Shown piece by piece: positions 53,560-64,000 of a DNA stretch of 64,000 bases. A program made the position numbers and the translations under genes. The stretch is from Perkinsus olseni. Its lineage: Eukaryota. The notes beneath the pieces were generated by a model that saw only the letters and a list, made by a program, of their open reading frames with translations, did no database searches and was not told where the DNA came from. The DNA lies in contig JABANN010000026.1 of NCBI GenBank assembly GCA_013115125.1, positions 1 to 64,000 on the forward strand, given 5' to 3'. Position 1 is the stretch's first letter. Every line of letters begins with the position of its first letter.

Positions 53560-54326
53560 ATGATTGCCAATCATTTCTCCCGCGTAATCGTCGTGGCATT
53601 AGTGCTGGTGCCATCGATCGTCTACTGCTCGCTGCGCCTGAACCCCGATCCTCGCCTTATCGATGCCTCCAAGCTCGAGTACCGCCTGGCCACACCAAGG
53701 GATGTTCTGATACACCCGCTATCGCATCCCGGCGATTCTGGAGTATTCGTGGCAGTGGACCCCAAGACTAAGGTAAGTGTAGTGGAATTTATGGTACGAG
53801 CACGCTTTTGAAAGATAAGGACTCCAGGTCGTACTGGGAACTCTCGAGTTCGGTGTCGCCAACAACACCGGTGGAAGTTACCATCTCGTATTCATTCCTG
53901 ATGTTTTCGTACAGGAGGGCTACAGGGGCCAGGGGATAGGCTCAGAGTTGTACAAGCGCTTTATCGAATACGTAAGCCATTGGGGATAACCACGGCATGC
54001 TAGTAGGAGCATCGGTCATTTGGCATATTGATGATCAGGTCGAGAACGTGAGCCCTGAAGTTAATTATATTTGGATGAAGGTGTTTCGTGGTAACGAGGG
54101 CGGTAACTTGGCGCCACTAAAGGCAGGGTTCCAGTTTGAAGGTAAGTGCTGCAGATGACCAGAGCCTCCTAAAGACGCTATTTCGGTAGATCATGGAGGA
54201 GAGTTCATCCACTACTTTTACGAACTCCCCGGTCACTTCGAAGACGGACCCAAGAAGCCTTACAATGGTCCACTTCCCGTCCTTCCTGAAGTTGTTGCTG
54301 AGCTGCTCCAACCGGCCGAACATTGA
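53560..54326 (+). CDS. GNAT-family acetyltransferase with N-terminal signal/TM segment; 4 exons
   Basis: Starts MIANHFSRVIVVALVLVPSIVYC and contains motif A IPDVFVQEGYRGQGIGSELYKRFIEY and IWMKVFRGNEG...KAGFQFE. Confidence 0.85.
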
Positions 54327-55147
54327 AAGTTTACAGGTACCCACAAATTGTGGGTCACAATGATGATGATACTCCATGACTGCTTCACGCATGATGTCAA
54401 TCGCTCACAGTGTTGTTGGTGATGCAATATTTTGTTCACAGTTCTTGAGGTGGTACCCGGGCCGATAGCCAGAAGCTGCGATGCTACTCCTGGGAGACAC
54501 TCTCTCAGGACTCTAAGGGGGCGGAATGCATGAGGATAACTCACTCGTGCAACGTGATGTTCCGTGACGCAATTCCATGTGACTCATGTCAACCATGAAA
54601 CGGGGGATGCAACTCGCGTCAACCCTTTCACTCATTGTCGGCCAGCGGCCGGCGGTCACCTGTACTCATCCCGCAGGCACACTATCTGCAAAGAATAGTA
54701 CAGCGAGGTCAAAGAATGATGGTGGAAACCCTGCCCGAGCCGCATTCTTGAAACCATGTGTTGTCTGTCAACCTGGCAGGCTCACTTGAGAGGAGCTGGG
54801 CCCTCAGACTGGGGCCGACCTCTTCGCAACGGAAGAACCTTAACTGGTCGCGGCGGACGATAGAACATAGTCTCGGAAGAGGGGTCCTGCACGCATGCAC
54901 GGATGTTTTTGACCGCATTCATAGCTGGGGCGGCGGCGGCAGCTGAACTCTCTGGCGAACAACTTCGAGACTGACGCCGGATGATCCTGGTGAGCCGACA
55001 CGAACAGCAATCCTTTTGTGGAGGATGAGTGAACCCGGACCAGAACCGGAGTGGCTCAGATTGCTAAGCTGTCGCTGTCGATGGGAAACTCTCTCTCGCC
55101 GAAGCAGCTTCCGAGGGCTTACGTAGCGACTCTAACCTTTACAAGGA

Positions 55148-55338
55148 TGGATGAAGGGCAGATTCGTATGGTTCTTAAGGTCGACAGTTCCGAGGAATCG
55201 GACGGAGGAAAGTATTGGTTCGGTTGGTTCATACACAAGCTGGGGGAGGCTGTCAAGCGTTTCTGGAAGTACATCTGGGAAAAGCTCGAGGCTATCTTCA
55301 AATATACCGGATCAGACAAATCCAGGGCGAGCAAGTGA
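55148..55338 (+). CDS. Small amphipathic-helix protein 1
   Basis: Contains WFGWFIHKLGEAVKRFWKYIWEKLEAIFKY, a motif shared with the 56326 ORF. The start could be 55081. Confidence 0.5.
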
Positions 55339-56325
55339 ATGCCGGCGTTGGAGGTAGACGAATCCACCTCGTCTGGTTGCTAAATATATTCTCGCAGATG
55401 AGGCCGAATAGTCAAGAGGAAGTCATTCATTTGTTCACAAAGATCAGTCCCGAAAAATTCATTTCCTGTGGCCGAGTTGCTGTCAATCCGCGGAGGTTCT
55501 TGGATAGGCTCTCGGGAAGATAGCTTCGCTCAATCGGACGATGACTCGATCTTTGGTCAGCACATAAGACCGCTTTGGAATCCAAAGCAAAAATCATGCT
55601 CATCCAAAGTTTGGATGAGCATTGAAAAGAAGGGCGATTTTTGACATCGCCCGCTGAGCGCAGCAGGACATAGGCCACCTGCTTCCAGACTGGGCCAGGT
55701 TCATCGATATGGTTTTCCTCAGCGGCGGCGGAGAGGAAACCTAGGCGCAAGCTGGTGACGATCAAGATGATACACTCCCTGAAGGGGAGACATTGGTGAG
55801 AAAGCGGTAGCGCGAGTCAAACATAGGACTTTGTTGCTTGTGCTTGAAGTAAATAGCACCACACGCCAGTCTTTGGGATGTGTACACAATTGGCCCATAG
55901 GCACCTCCCCGAGTATCAAAACTGGCTTACGACCTAGTCAAAGACAACTGTAAGGTGATGGTTGTGGTGGGACAACTGTTCAGCCACAGAGAAAGTTGAC
56001 GAACCCCAAACGCCCGAGCAGAATGAACCCCAGCCGAACCCTCGTGTACTTCGGAAAGAGCTGAGGCTCGGGCAACCACGACCTTCTGGTAGCGTAGCAG
56101 AGCGCGGGGACACTGACTGCCATACAAACGTGTGACACGCAGGCACATAGTTTTTTGACCGCATTGCTGCTGCATCATTAGCTGCGCTGAGCTCCTCGAC
56201 AGAAGAGGTCGCGGCGTGACTCGAAAGAACGTAACTGTGCGGGCGAAGCATGTTAGCGTGGAGAGACGTGACCGAACGAGTCTTGCCGAAGATTCTAGAC
56301 TTGTTCTCGATATTATATCATTGTA

Positions 56326-56595
56326 ATGGAACACCTCAAAGCCAAGCCCATCTCGATTAAAGCTCTGCTGGTTCCGGGTATCGCGATCGGATACCTGTCC
56401 TGCACAACAATCCTCAAGATGGCCTCGATGTCGATCGACGATCTTTGGAATCTAGGGCGTTCAGCCGCCATGGTCTGGAAAGCTCTCTGCAGTCTCTTCA
56501 GAATCATCAGGCATTTCCTCAAGTATATGTGGGAAAAGCTTACGGTCATCTATGGAATGTTCGAACAGATGCAGTCCGGCAGAATGAAGGCCTAG
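56326..56595 (+). CDS. Small amphipathic-helix protein 2
   Basis: Contains WKALCSLFRIIRHFLKYMWEKLTVIY and has downstream sequence similar to the copy at 55148. Confidence 0.55.
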   Translation: MEHLKAKPISIKALLVPGIAIGYLSCTTILKMASMSIDDLWNLGRSAAMVWKALCSLFRIIRHFLKYMWEKLTVIYGMFEQMQSGRMKA

Positions 56596-57275
56596 CCTTG
56601 AGGTCCAGTCGACCCATGCTTCCCTTTGGGAAGACTCAGGAAAGTCACATCTGACCATTTACCGGTTATTGTTCATTATTCCGCAGGTCACGGCCTTTCA
56701 AGCTAAATCCGTCGGTGAAAGATTACTCTACACAACCTCATACTGTATTGTTCAAAACAGTCAGTCCCGAATGATTACACTTCAAGAGTTACTTCTTATT
56801 GCGGTCGAGTTACAGTCAATACTCCCGGAATTCGCTCCCTATTAAGTCCCGTGAGTCACGGGCCGTGACCGTCCGAGCAAGGACTCGACTGTCTCGACTC
56901 ACCGGGGCCTCGAACGGTCATTCTCTTCTAAAAGGATCCAGAGGGCGTGTAAACGAAGCTCGGGTGCCTCTTAAACCTATCACGTTGTTTCAAGAAAACT
57001 GGAGAGACAGCCATCATCTCTCATCAAGACACGATTGCCCGGCGAAGTGAACTCGTGGGAATCGTGACCTTAGATATCCTGGACTTACAATCAGTTAGTC
57101 ATAAAGTCCAGGCTAGTGACGTCTTGACTGCGGCCCGTAAGTACTGCCATCAATCAATAACTTTGTTTTCAGACATGTTGTACTCAGCGTAACTTACTGC
57201 ACGTTCATGTACGCTCCAATATTCCTTGACCGCATTTGAATAGCCAACCTTGTTCGGGCGCGCGGTCGCCAGGCG

Positions 57276-58037
57276 GTGCTCAATACAATCGCCCGATACA
57301 ACCTACAGGTAGTAAGTGGAGCCACATCATTCGACATGACTTATCGCGACCTCCAGCGGCATCTTCCGGACAACCTGAGTGATGATATACGCTGGAATAC
57401 AACTGGGCATGGTGAGGGCGACAGCGAGGACTCCCATCTCTACAATGACGACTGCAGAAACGGTTATGCTCGTAGACACGGTGGGCAGCTTACAAGCGGC
57501 TACGACCAAGGAGTTTCTCCCGATGACGACCTTCTCGACTTTGATAATAATTCCGATCCTTTTCATGAAGATCATTATGATGATATCATTCATGAAGGTT
57601 ACTGTGGAAGGCGGGATGACCATCACGACAGTGACGGCGACTCCGACGAGGATGCCGCTAATGCTTTCTATATTGCATGGTTCGGGCGATGCCTTTGGCG
57701 TAGAATGGCTGATCTGGGTCACAGATTTACAGTATGGGTAGTGGATACTTTCCGCTCCGGCAACAAGGCTTTCCCGTCCACCCACGAAGCAAGACTGCCA
57801 ACCATACTGTACGACAAGTTCGCTGAAGTTCAGAACGAGGTTACGGCCGGTAGACTTGACCCGTCGGAGTTTCTGAGCGACGACCTGAGGTTACTAGCCC
57901 CGGAGGTCCAGAAGCGCCTTTTGCTATCTGTTGTCAGCGATGCTCGTAACAGAATGAGTGAGATATCGAGGAGGTCCGTTTCGCTGGAACCGTACAACAG
58001 CTGGCCCTCCACCCTGCCGAGCCCTGACGCCGGATAG
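57276..58037 (+). CDS. Hypothetical protein with D/H-rich acidic region
   Basis: 253-codon open frame; likely ATG at 57336 or an upstream exon. No domain was recognised. Confidence 0.5.
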   Translation: MLNTIARYNLQVVSGATSFDMTYRDLQRHLPDNLSDDIRWNTTGHGEGDSEDSHLYNDDCRNGYARRHGGQLTSGYDQGVSPDDDLLDFDNNSDPFHEDHYDDIIHEGYCGRRDDHHDSDGDSDEDAANAFYIAWFGRCLWRRMADLGHRFTVWVVDTFRSGNKAFPSTHEARLPTILYDKFAEVQNEVTAGRLDPSEFLSDDLRLLAPEVQKRLLLSVVSDARNRMSEISRRSVSLEPYNSWPSTLPSPDAG

Positions 58038-58592
58038 TGAAGATAGATTATAGTCGAATGATGGGAATTGCTCAATGTCTAGGACTCAATCTCTACCAAG
58101 TTTCACATCACTTTTACTGTCTCTGGCTTGAGATTGAGTGAATTGGCCTGGAGTTTATTGTGAAGGGCAACGCGGGGCTCATCGATACCCGCTATTGATC
58201 AGATCGGAGCAATACAGATTTCCGTTGCCAACTTCGCGATCTGACTCAATAACAAGGCACTTCTCGATTGAGGTGCGGACTTTACTAGCCTGGCTAGTTG
58301 TCGAGCTGCGTGTTGGACGAACGACCCTTACATGATACGTTTACAATAATAGCGACTGGGAGCGGACATGGAATACGACTCGTCTTCGAGGAGTTTCCAA
58401 TGGGAACATGTGACGCGGGCGGGAGTCATTCAAGAGCCTTTCTGATAGTGTAAAACCGTAGCGACTCCGTCGACAGATACCCACCCACAATAGAATCTTT
58501 CTTCGTACCTCGTGAGGTACATGCTACATTTAGCCACATCACTGTACTCAAAGAGCGCCGGTTTGCGACCCCAATGGGGCATAAAATGCAAT

Positions 58593-59810
58593 CTAAGTGA
58601 CTGCCCAGATTGTGCTGGATAGATCTGCAGCGCGGACCACCTTGACCGGAGCTATAGGCTCCCCATGCGTCTCTTTGCTCTCAGCCCTGGGAGCCTCTTC
58701 GAATACTCGCGATAAGTCTAGGGAGGGAAGTACGTCGATGGTACGATACCCAGAAGCCTGATTCCACCGCTCGTCACTACACACAACACGAATGAACAGG
58801 ACAACAGCTTGAACAACATGACTGACTGAGAAGGAGATGGTGATTGTGAACTACTCTGGGAGGGGCGGCTGTGATGAACAAGAGTCGTAGATAGAGGATG
58901 TCGAGCACCTGAACAAAGAGTCAACCTCAACGATCGAACAGCTTTGTTCGGTCATTGTGGACAGTCAGTCTACGGAGTGGTCATCTTACAATCCAGAGGT
59001 GCTGGAGTATGAAGTAGAATAACTCCTCGTCGATCGTGAGCTCCTCGAACATGAGTAACACGTACTGCCGTAACTGGTAGACCTCGAGGAACGAGTGGCA
59101 GCACTACGGTGGGAACGGGATGTACGGCACAGACGAGGTTCCTCAGGGGCTGCGGCGCGCGGGGGCTCACTCTGAGGGCGACGGAATTTCTGAAAGGAAC
59201 GAAAGCACTCCAAGATTTCGCTCGTCACTGAAGCAGTGGCAGCCGGCAAAACCCATATACTCGGCCTGTCGGCGGTCCTTGCTTCCAACACGGCATGAAG
59301 GCCATCTCGTCCTCGGGGTAGTTACCCAGTTGCATGTAGTCTAGAACAAGGGAGGCCGCTGGAGCATCACCGAGATGGCAGCCTTAGCCGGGTGTCCAGA
59401 AGGAGCCAACCGAGCTCACACAGGAGCAATGAGTAGAGCCCACCTGTCCTATATTCAGGGAAGCCCCCTAGAATCGCATAAGGCGGCTGAAGGTCATAAG
59501 GCACTTTGGGCCTGTTGATCGGTGGACGCTGACTTGAATGCCTGAGGAAGACTTACCATAATACCGCTACTAGGAGTTGCGGTTCGACTGCCCCACACGA
59601 GCAATCTTTCGTCCGCATTAACGTCAACAACTTCCCGGAGAAAAGTGAGCATCGAGTCGTGGATAGCCGCTATCAGGAGGGAGCCCGAGTTCACCTCCTT
59701 CTGGTCCTCCTTTTCGATCTTCTCGATCCGGCATCACTCACAACAGCATTGCACTTGCAGCAACGGACAAGGTGCTCAGCAGAACTTTCCTTTGCTTCAG
59801 CTGAGGGCAT
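58593..59810 (-). CDS. Hypothetical multi-exon protein with CxxC near the N-terminus
   Basis: Starts MPSAEAKESSAEHLVRCCKCNAV and continues in further GT/AG-bounded segments. The structure is poorly resolved. Confidence 0.35.
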
Positions 59811-59962
59811 AGAGGCTTTCAAATCTAACAGAGGAAGACCACTCGTGGTCAGTTGAAATTTCCGGACTCCGACTGCACGGTCGGCTGGATTGCCCCCAGA
59901 GAACGAAAGCCGTGAATTTGCGAACACTGGTAAATGGTATACTAAATTCATGCACGCACAAC

Positions 59963-61012
59963 TCAGCGTCTCCGCTTCTTCTGGAACTGCGTAAAGGAGA
60001 AATCCTGCGGGCTAGGCTCGAGGCCCTTCCAAAAGCCCGTATGCTTCTCATAATCAGCCTTGCGACCCATGCTCCACCTCGGCCCTGGTTTGCCTCTAGT
60101 TTGAGCGTAACCGCCAGGACCCGGACCTTAGTGAGGATCATCAACCACTATGAAGCGCCGTAGACTCACCAGGGTTGTCGAGGCCACCGAAGGTTCCCTG
60201 TCCTCTCGGACCGTAGCCAATGCCGGCGCCTTTCTTCGCCTCTATGTTACGCTCGAATATGCTCTTAATTATGTATTGATCTGCAAGCGGGAATGAGGGG
60301 GACCACAGCGGGTTGGGCTCCCATCTTACCTGGCCCTGGTCGGGGCTTCACTGACATCTCATGGTGACCCAAGCCGGGACCCACGGCGAAACCGAAGCCG
60401 GCCTTCCTGGTGTCAGTACCAATGTTTTTATGTCTAAGTTGAATGGATGGCGGAGCGGAGTCTCGATAGAGGTTACCTATGCAAGTAGTAGGCAGGCCCA
60501 GGGGAATCCATGCCCGCCTTGTGCGTGCCAGCTTGGCGGCCCGCAGTAGGTAGACTGAACAGCTTCGAGCTCGGATTGAACACTCGTGTTTCCTCTGGCC
60601 TGAACACCAAGACCCTCTGACCGCTCTCGCATTTTCTTAACACACAGTTTCGGAGTGTAGTCGGTCGGGCCGGGGTTCCGATGTTGCCAAGGTGTGGTCA
60701 TGAACCGGTCACCAGTCTTGCTGCCAAAGCCTCCTGTTGCACATCCCTCCATCATAGTAGATTGAAGAGTGTAAGCGGCGGGTCCTGAGAGATATTTTAT
60801 CAATCTTCTCTTGCCTTGAGAAGAGGACTGTCAGGTCGTTTACCTGGGGATCGTTGCAAGGCCGATGGATCCTGATGAGGAGGGCGTCGAGTCATCGTCC
60901 AACTCGGTGCTTTCTTGTAGGTGGCACTAGCCGTGATGAGAGCTGTCTCACTGACTACCCTCTCGGGGGTAACAGCAGAAGCTGATGGCTCCTTTGCTTC
61001 ACCGCCGCCCAT
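59963..61012 (-). CDS. ODF3/SHIPPO-like (STPG, PGP-repeat) microtubule-associated protein, multi-exon
   Basis: Repeated SGPAAY, NPGPTDY, SPGPAYY, RPGPG and PGPGGY motifs, each preceded by F/W-S/G-F/M-G-type segments. Ends KKRRR*. Confidence 0.75.
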
Positions 61013-61358
61013 ACATCAACTTCAAAAGTGCTGGAACAATCGCGCTCGGCGATAAATTGAGTCTTGCGCTCTTACTCCGCCTTAGTATTCCTCAACGCTT
61101 TTTTGACCTTGGCCACGAAGAAGCTGGGATTTGCTGGTAAGGCTCAATCTTTACCTCGTGTGGTGTCGTCATCGCGTGGCAGTCGGCGGTTCCGAGGGAG
61201 TCCGAGCGTCATCCGCTTCTAGTAGTTCGAGAGCGACTTGTTCGTTCGCTAAGTGCTCTGAGACAGATCAATATTCGGCGCTATGCAGCTTCCCGGGGTC
61301 GAACCCGCGACCTCGTGAATGCTCTAATCTGTTAATCGACAGTGGTCGTTTTACTTTG

Positions 61359-62423
61359 ATGCCGTCTACCTCTACTATCCGGCTAGATTGGGTCGAACCG
61401 ACGCTCACAGACGGGCCGTCAGACGCTAAGGAGATCGCTACATACAACTGGCACCCTTCCTCGACTACTGAGGTCCCACGGATGGTCGTACCTGGCTTGC
61501 CGCCCTTCCTTGTCGATTCCCGAGACCCACCTAAGCTGGAGTACGATCAAGGCACGTTTTTCTGTGATGAAAATCAGTACCGTCAAAAGGAGTCACCGAC
61601 TGAGTCCCTTTTCCAGGCCGTCGCCATTTGCACGCCCAACTTCGACTGGCAGGCGGTGGACATCGTCACAGACCGGAACAACCTACGGAAGCTCATGAGG
61701 GCTCTGCAGCCTCAATGGGACTCCTTTGACGATCAGTCCTTCCAAGTAGATCTCGATGTCGTCGGCAGAACAGTTGTTCTCACCCGAGTCGGGCCAGCGG
61801 AGTCGCAAGTTTTCGGCTGTGGTCACTCCTTTGAGGACCAGATGACCACACCTTCTCCCGAAGGGTCCTTCCGTCGGGTCGTCTCTCTCAACCTCGGCCG
61901 AGTGGCACTCGTCGTGAGGTCCGAGATCGATGCAGTTGACGGTGGTACTTGGCGGTCAGTGTCGCGGAAAGCTGAATGGTCACCCAAGCCGGGCAGTCGA
62001 ATTGAGATCAAACGAGGTGGCGGTCTGAAGAAAGGAAGTGAATGTCCTGAATACTGGGAGCTGAAGACCAAATCCTTGAAGAAGAGGTTCGACTGGGCTG
62101 GTGCGTATGGTCAGCTCTGTCTCGGAGATGTGCACAACTTGCTCATCGCTCGAACCAAATGGACCGAGGTTAAGTCGATGGAGTCTCTCACTCGGGAACA
62201 GGTCGGGGCTCGTGGCCGGTTCTTCGACCTGTTCGGTCGACTAGAGGCATTACTCATGAGTATTCTAGAGACCGTGCGAAAGCCAGCAGATGGCTCGCAC
62301 AGCCGATCCTATGTTGTTACCTGGGACGGTTGGGAGCCTGTGTTGGAGATAAAGCCCCAACGAGCATCGAGAGTGAGCAAGGCGGCGAGGACACTGATTG
62401 GAGAGAAGGGCGGTGTACATTAG
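61359..62423 (+). CDS. DXO/Rai1-like PD-(D/E)XK nuclease; intronless
   Basis: TYNW...VPGLPP, DIVTDRNNLRKL, GHSFE, RSEIDA, ELKT and GQL, matching the order of DXO/Rai1 motifs (R, GxxFE, ExD, ExK, Q). Confidence 0.72.
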   Translation: MPSTSTIRLDWVEPTLTDGPSDAKEIATYNWHPSSTTEVPRMVVPGLPPFLVDSRDPPKLEYDQGTFFCDENQYRQKESPTESLFQAVAICTPNFDWQAVDIVTDRNNLRKLMRALQPQWDSFDDQSFQVDLDVVGRTVVLTRVGPAESQVFGCGHSFEDQMTTPSPEGSFRRVVSLNLGRVALVVRSEIDAVDGGTWRSVSRKAEWSPKPGSRIEIKRGGGLKKGSECPEYWELKTKSLKKRFDWAGAYGQLCLGDVHNLLIARTKWTEVKSMESLTREQVGARGRFFDLFGRLEALLMSILETVRKPADGSHSRSYVVTWDGWEPVLEIKPQRASRVSKAARTLIGEKGGVH

Positions 62424-62845
62424 GTTTCATTTCAGCTTACGTTGAGTGTCGTCTCGTAGTGTTATACTATTATGCTATTCTGCATTGGAACTCAGTTGCG
62501 TTGTTATAGGAGTTGAAGTGATTCGGAGCCGTTACTCCGGCCCACAACAGTGTTGGGGCCTGGGTGTTGGGGGAGGACCTGGGCCTTACATTGGCCTCTG
62601 GCTAGAATGGGAAACGCTGTGTAAAATTAACCTTATTAATCCCTATACATCCACGCGGAGGTCATTGCGCGAATGAGTAGGAACCTCACAGTTTGAAGGG
62701 ACATGCCCAAGTGACGCCGAATCGTTGACGCGATAATTTCACGAGGGACCTGTCCCCTCGTGGAATCATCGTAAAGCGCCCTTCGCGATTTTTAAAGGAA
62801 GATCGTATCCATTAGGATTGGACCATCCCAGGTGTATCGTTAGAC

Positions 62846-63645
62846 ATGCCAGCCCGGTGTGAACTGAAGAGATACCTGTTGATTACGTTAATAGGGCCGG
62901 ACCGACCAATGCCCGTTTCGACACTTTCGTGGCGCGGCTCTGCCTCAGATCGCAGGCGCAAGCCCGCGCCACTCGATCTTACCTTCTCGATGCATACGGA
63001 ACATTCAACTTGGTCCAACGACGACCCCGAGGAGCATTCCTGTCTTGGCTGGGGACTTAAGAAGTCCCCAAGAAGAAGGATAATCGTCGAGGTGTGCTCC
63101 GTAAAGGAAGTTTAATACTACGATTAGCCCTCTTCGTGGTATCATTAGTGGCCTCCATCACGATCGGTTCATCCCCTGTATGGATACCTCACACGTTGAA
63201 ATTATACCAGGCGGGGACTCTCTCCCTCACGGTCGAGAGCTTGGAGATTATTGGCCCTTTCGATTGCGTTCTGTTCAAGTTGAGCAACGACTTCTGCGTG
63301 CACGGTCAGTCGGTCCTGAATGTCACGTATGACGGTTGGGAGCCAGTGACAGTTGCCTACGCGTATGGGCAGGTCGTTAGTCCTGGCGAAGAACTGGATT
63401 GGGCAACCCTCTCCTTCCCCAAGTTCCGAGTTCCGCCTGGAATGAGAGGGATGATTACTGTTCATTCGTTCCTTGTGGTATCGCACAGGAAGGCTTACAT
63501 TCGACAGATCAGGGGGCACGCTAATGCATCCCATAAGTTTGGGCCTTTCTTCGGGCGTTTGCCGCCGGTATTAGACGAGTATCGTGTTTTGGGTACGGAG
63601 ACCGTCCTCGGGCCGGACAACTTGTCATGGAGTCCTATACCATGA
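62846..63645 (+). CDS. Single-TM protein with beta-rich luminal domain (possibly LEA_2-like)
   Basis: Hydrophobic LALFVVSLVASITIG is followed by a beta-strand pattern and FRVPPG. The 5' exons are uncertain. Confidence 0.4.
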
Positions 63646-64000
63646 TGATGGCTGTGCGCTCAACACACTTCGATGTTTTCGGAAAAGTTGTTTCTTTGCA
63701 GGAAGTTTCGCCTCACCATGTACTATTGATAGAATTTACGTTTCCCTATGCGCTGAGATTGTAGTTTGAAAGCAAGCGTTTAATACGTGAACGCCTCCAA
63801 GGGGCAAGTTGCGTCAATACTAGGGATGAGTCGATGCGTTGCCACCCGATTCCCCAACACTTTCATGAACCCCGTTACATTCTTTTTTTCTAAAAACGAC
63901 TTTCATCCCGTGGAACTGGTCCATCCCAATATCCGTGAGTTAGATTCTCGTTTCCCACGAAACGAGAAATGAGACTGAGCGAAACTTTCGTTCAGACTCG

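Noticed and set aside
60210-60219. ACCGTAGCCA match to the 5' end of the dinoflagellate/Perkinsus spliced leader
   Set aside because: Only 10 nt, and it is the antisense of GYG codons in the PGP-repeat gene.
61285-61330. Minus-strand gaggtcgcgggttcgacccc tRNA-like segment
   Set aside because: The T-stem is imperfect and no acceptor or D stems were found.

Overview
Gene-dense, intron-rich eukaryotic DNA (~50% GC, many 40-100 nt GT-AG introns, standard code). The style suggests an alveolate such as Perkinsus, but this is an inference. The ORF track mostly shows exon fragments, so genes were rebuilt by hand and their ends are approximate. Recognisable genes are a class I histone deacetylase, FAD glycerol-3-phosphate dehydrogenase, FkbM methyltransferase, LicD/fukutin-like protein, APE1/ExoIII endonuclease, CFAP52-like WD40 protein, RlmI-like methyltransferase, a signal-peptide GNAT, an ODF3/SHIPPO-like PGP-repeat protein and an intronless DXO/Rai1-like nuclease. 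Three sets of unannotated duplicates stand out: (1) two tandem, diverged giant coiled-coil genes (36.8-53.0 kb) sharing a Cys/Trp N-terminal motif and intron positions; (2) three intronless paralogs with a near-identical N-terminus and variable C-terminus, one of them a pseudogene; (3) two small amphipathic-helix peptide genes. No rRNA, complete tRNA, CRISPR array or clear transposon was found.
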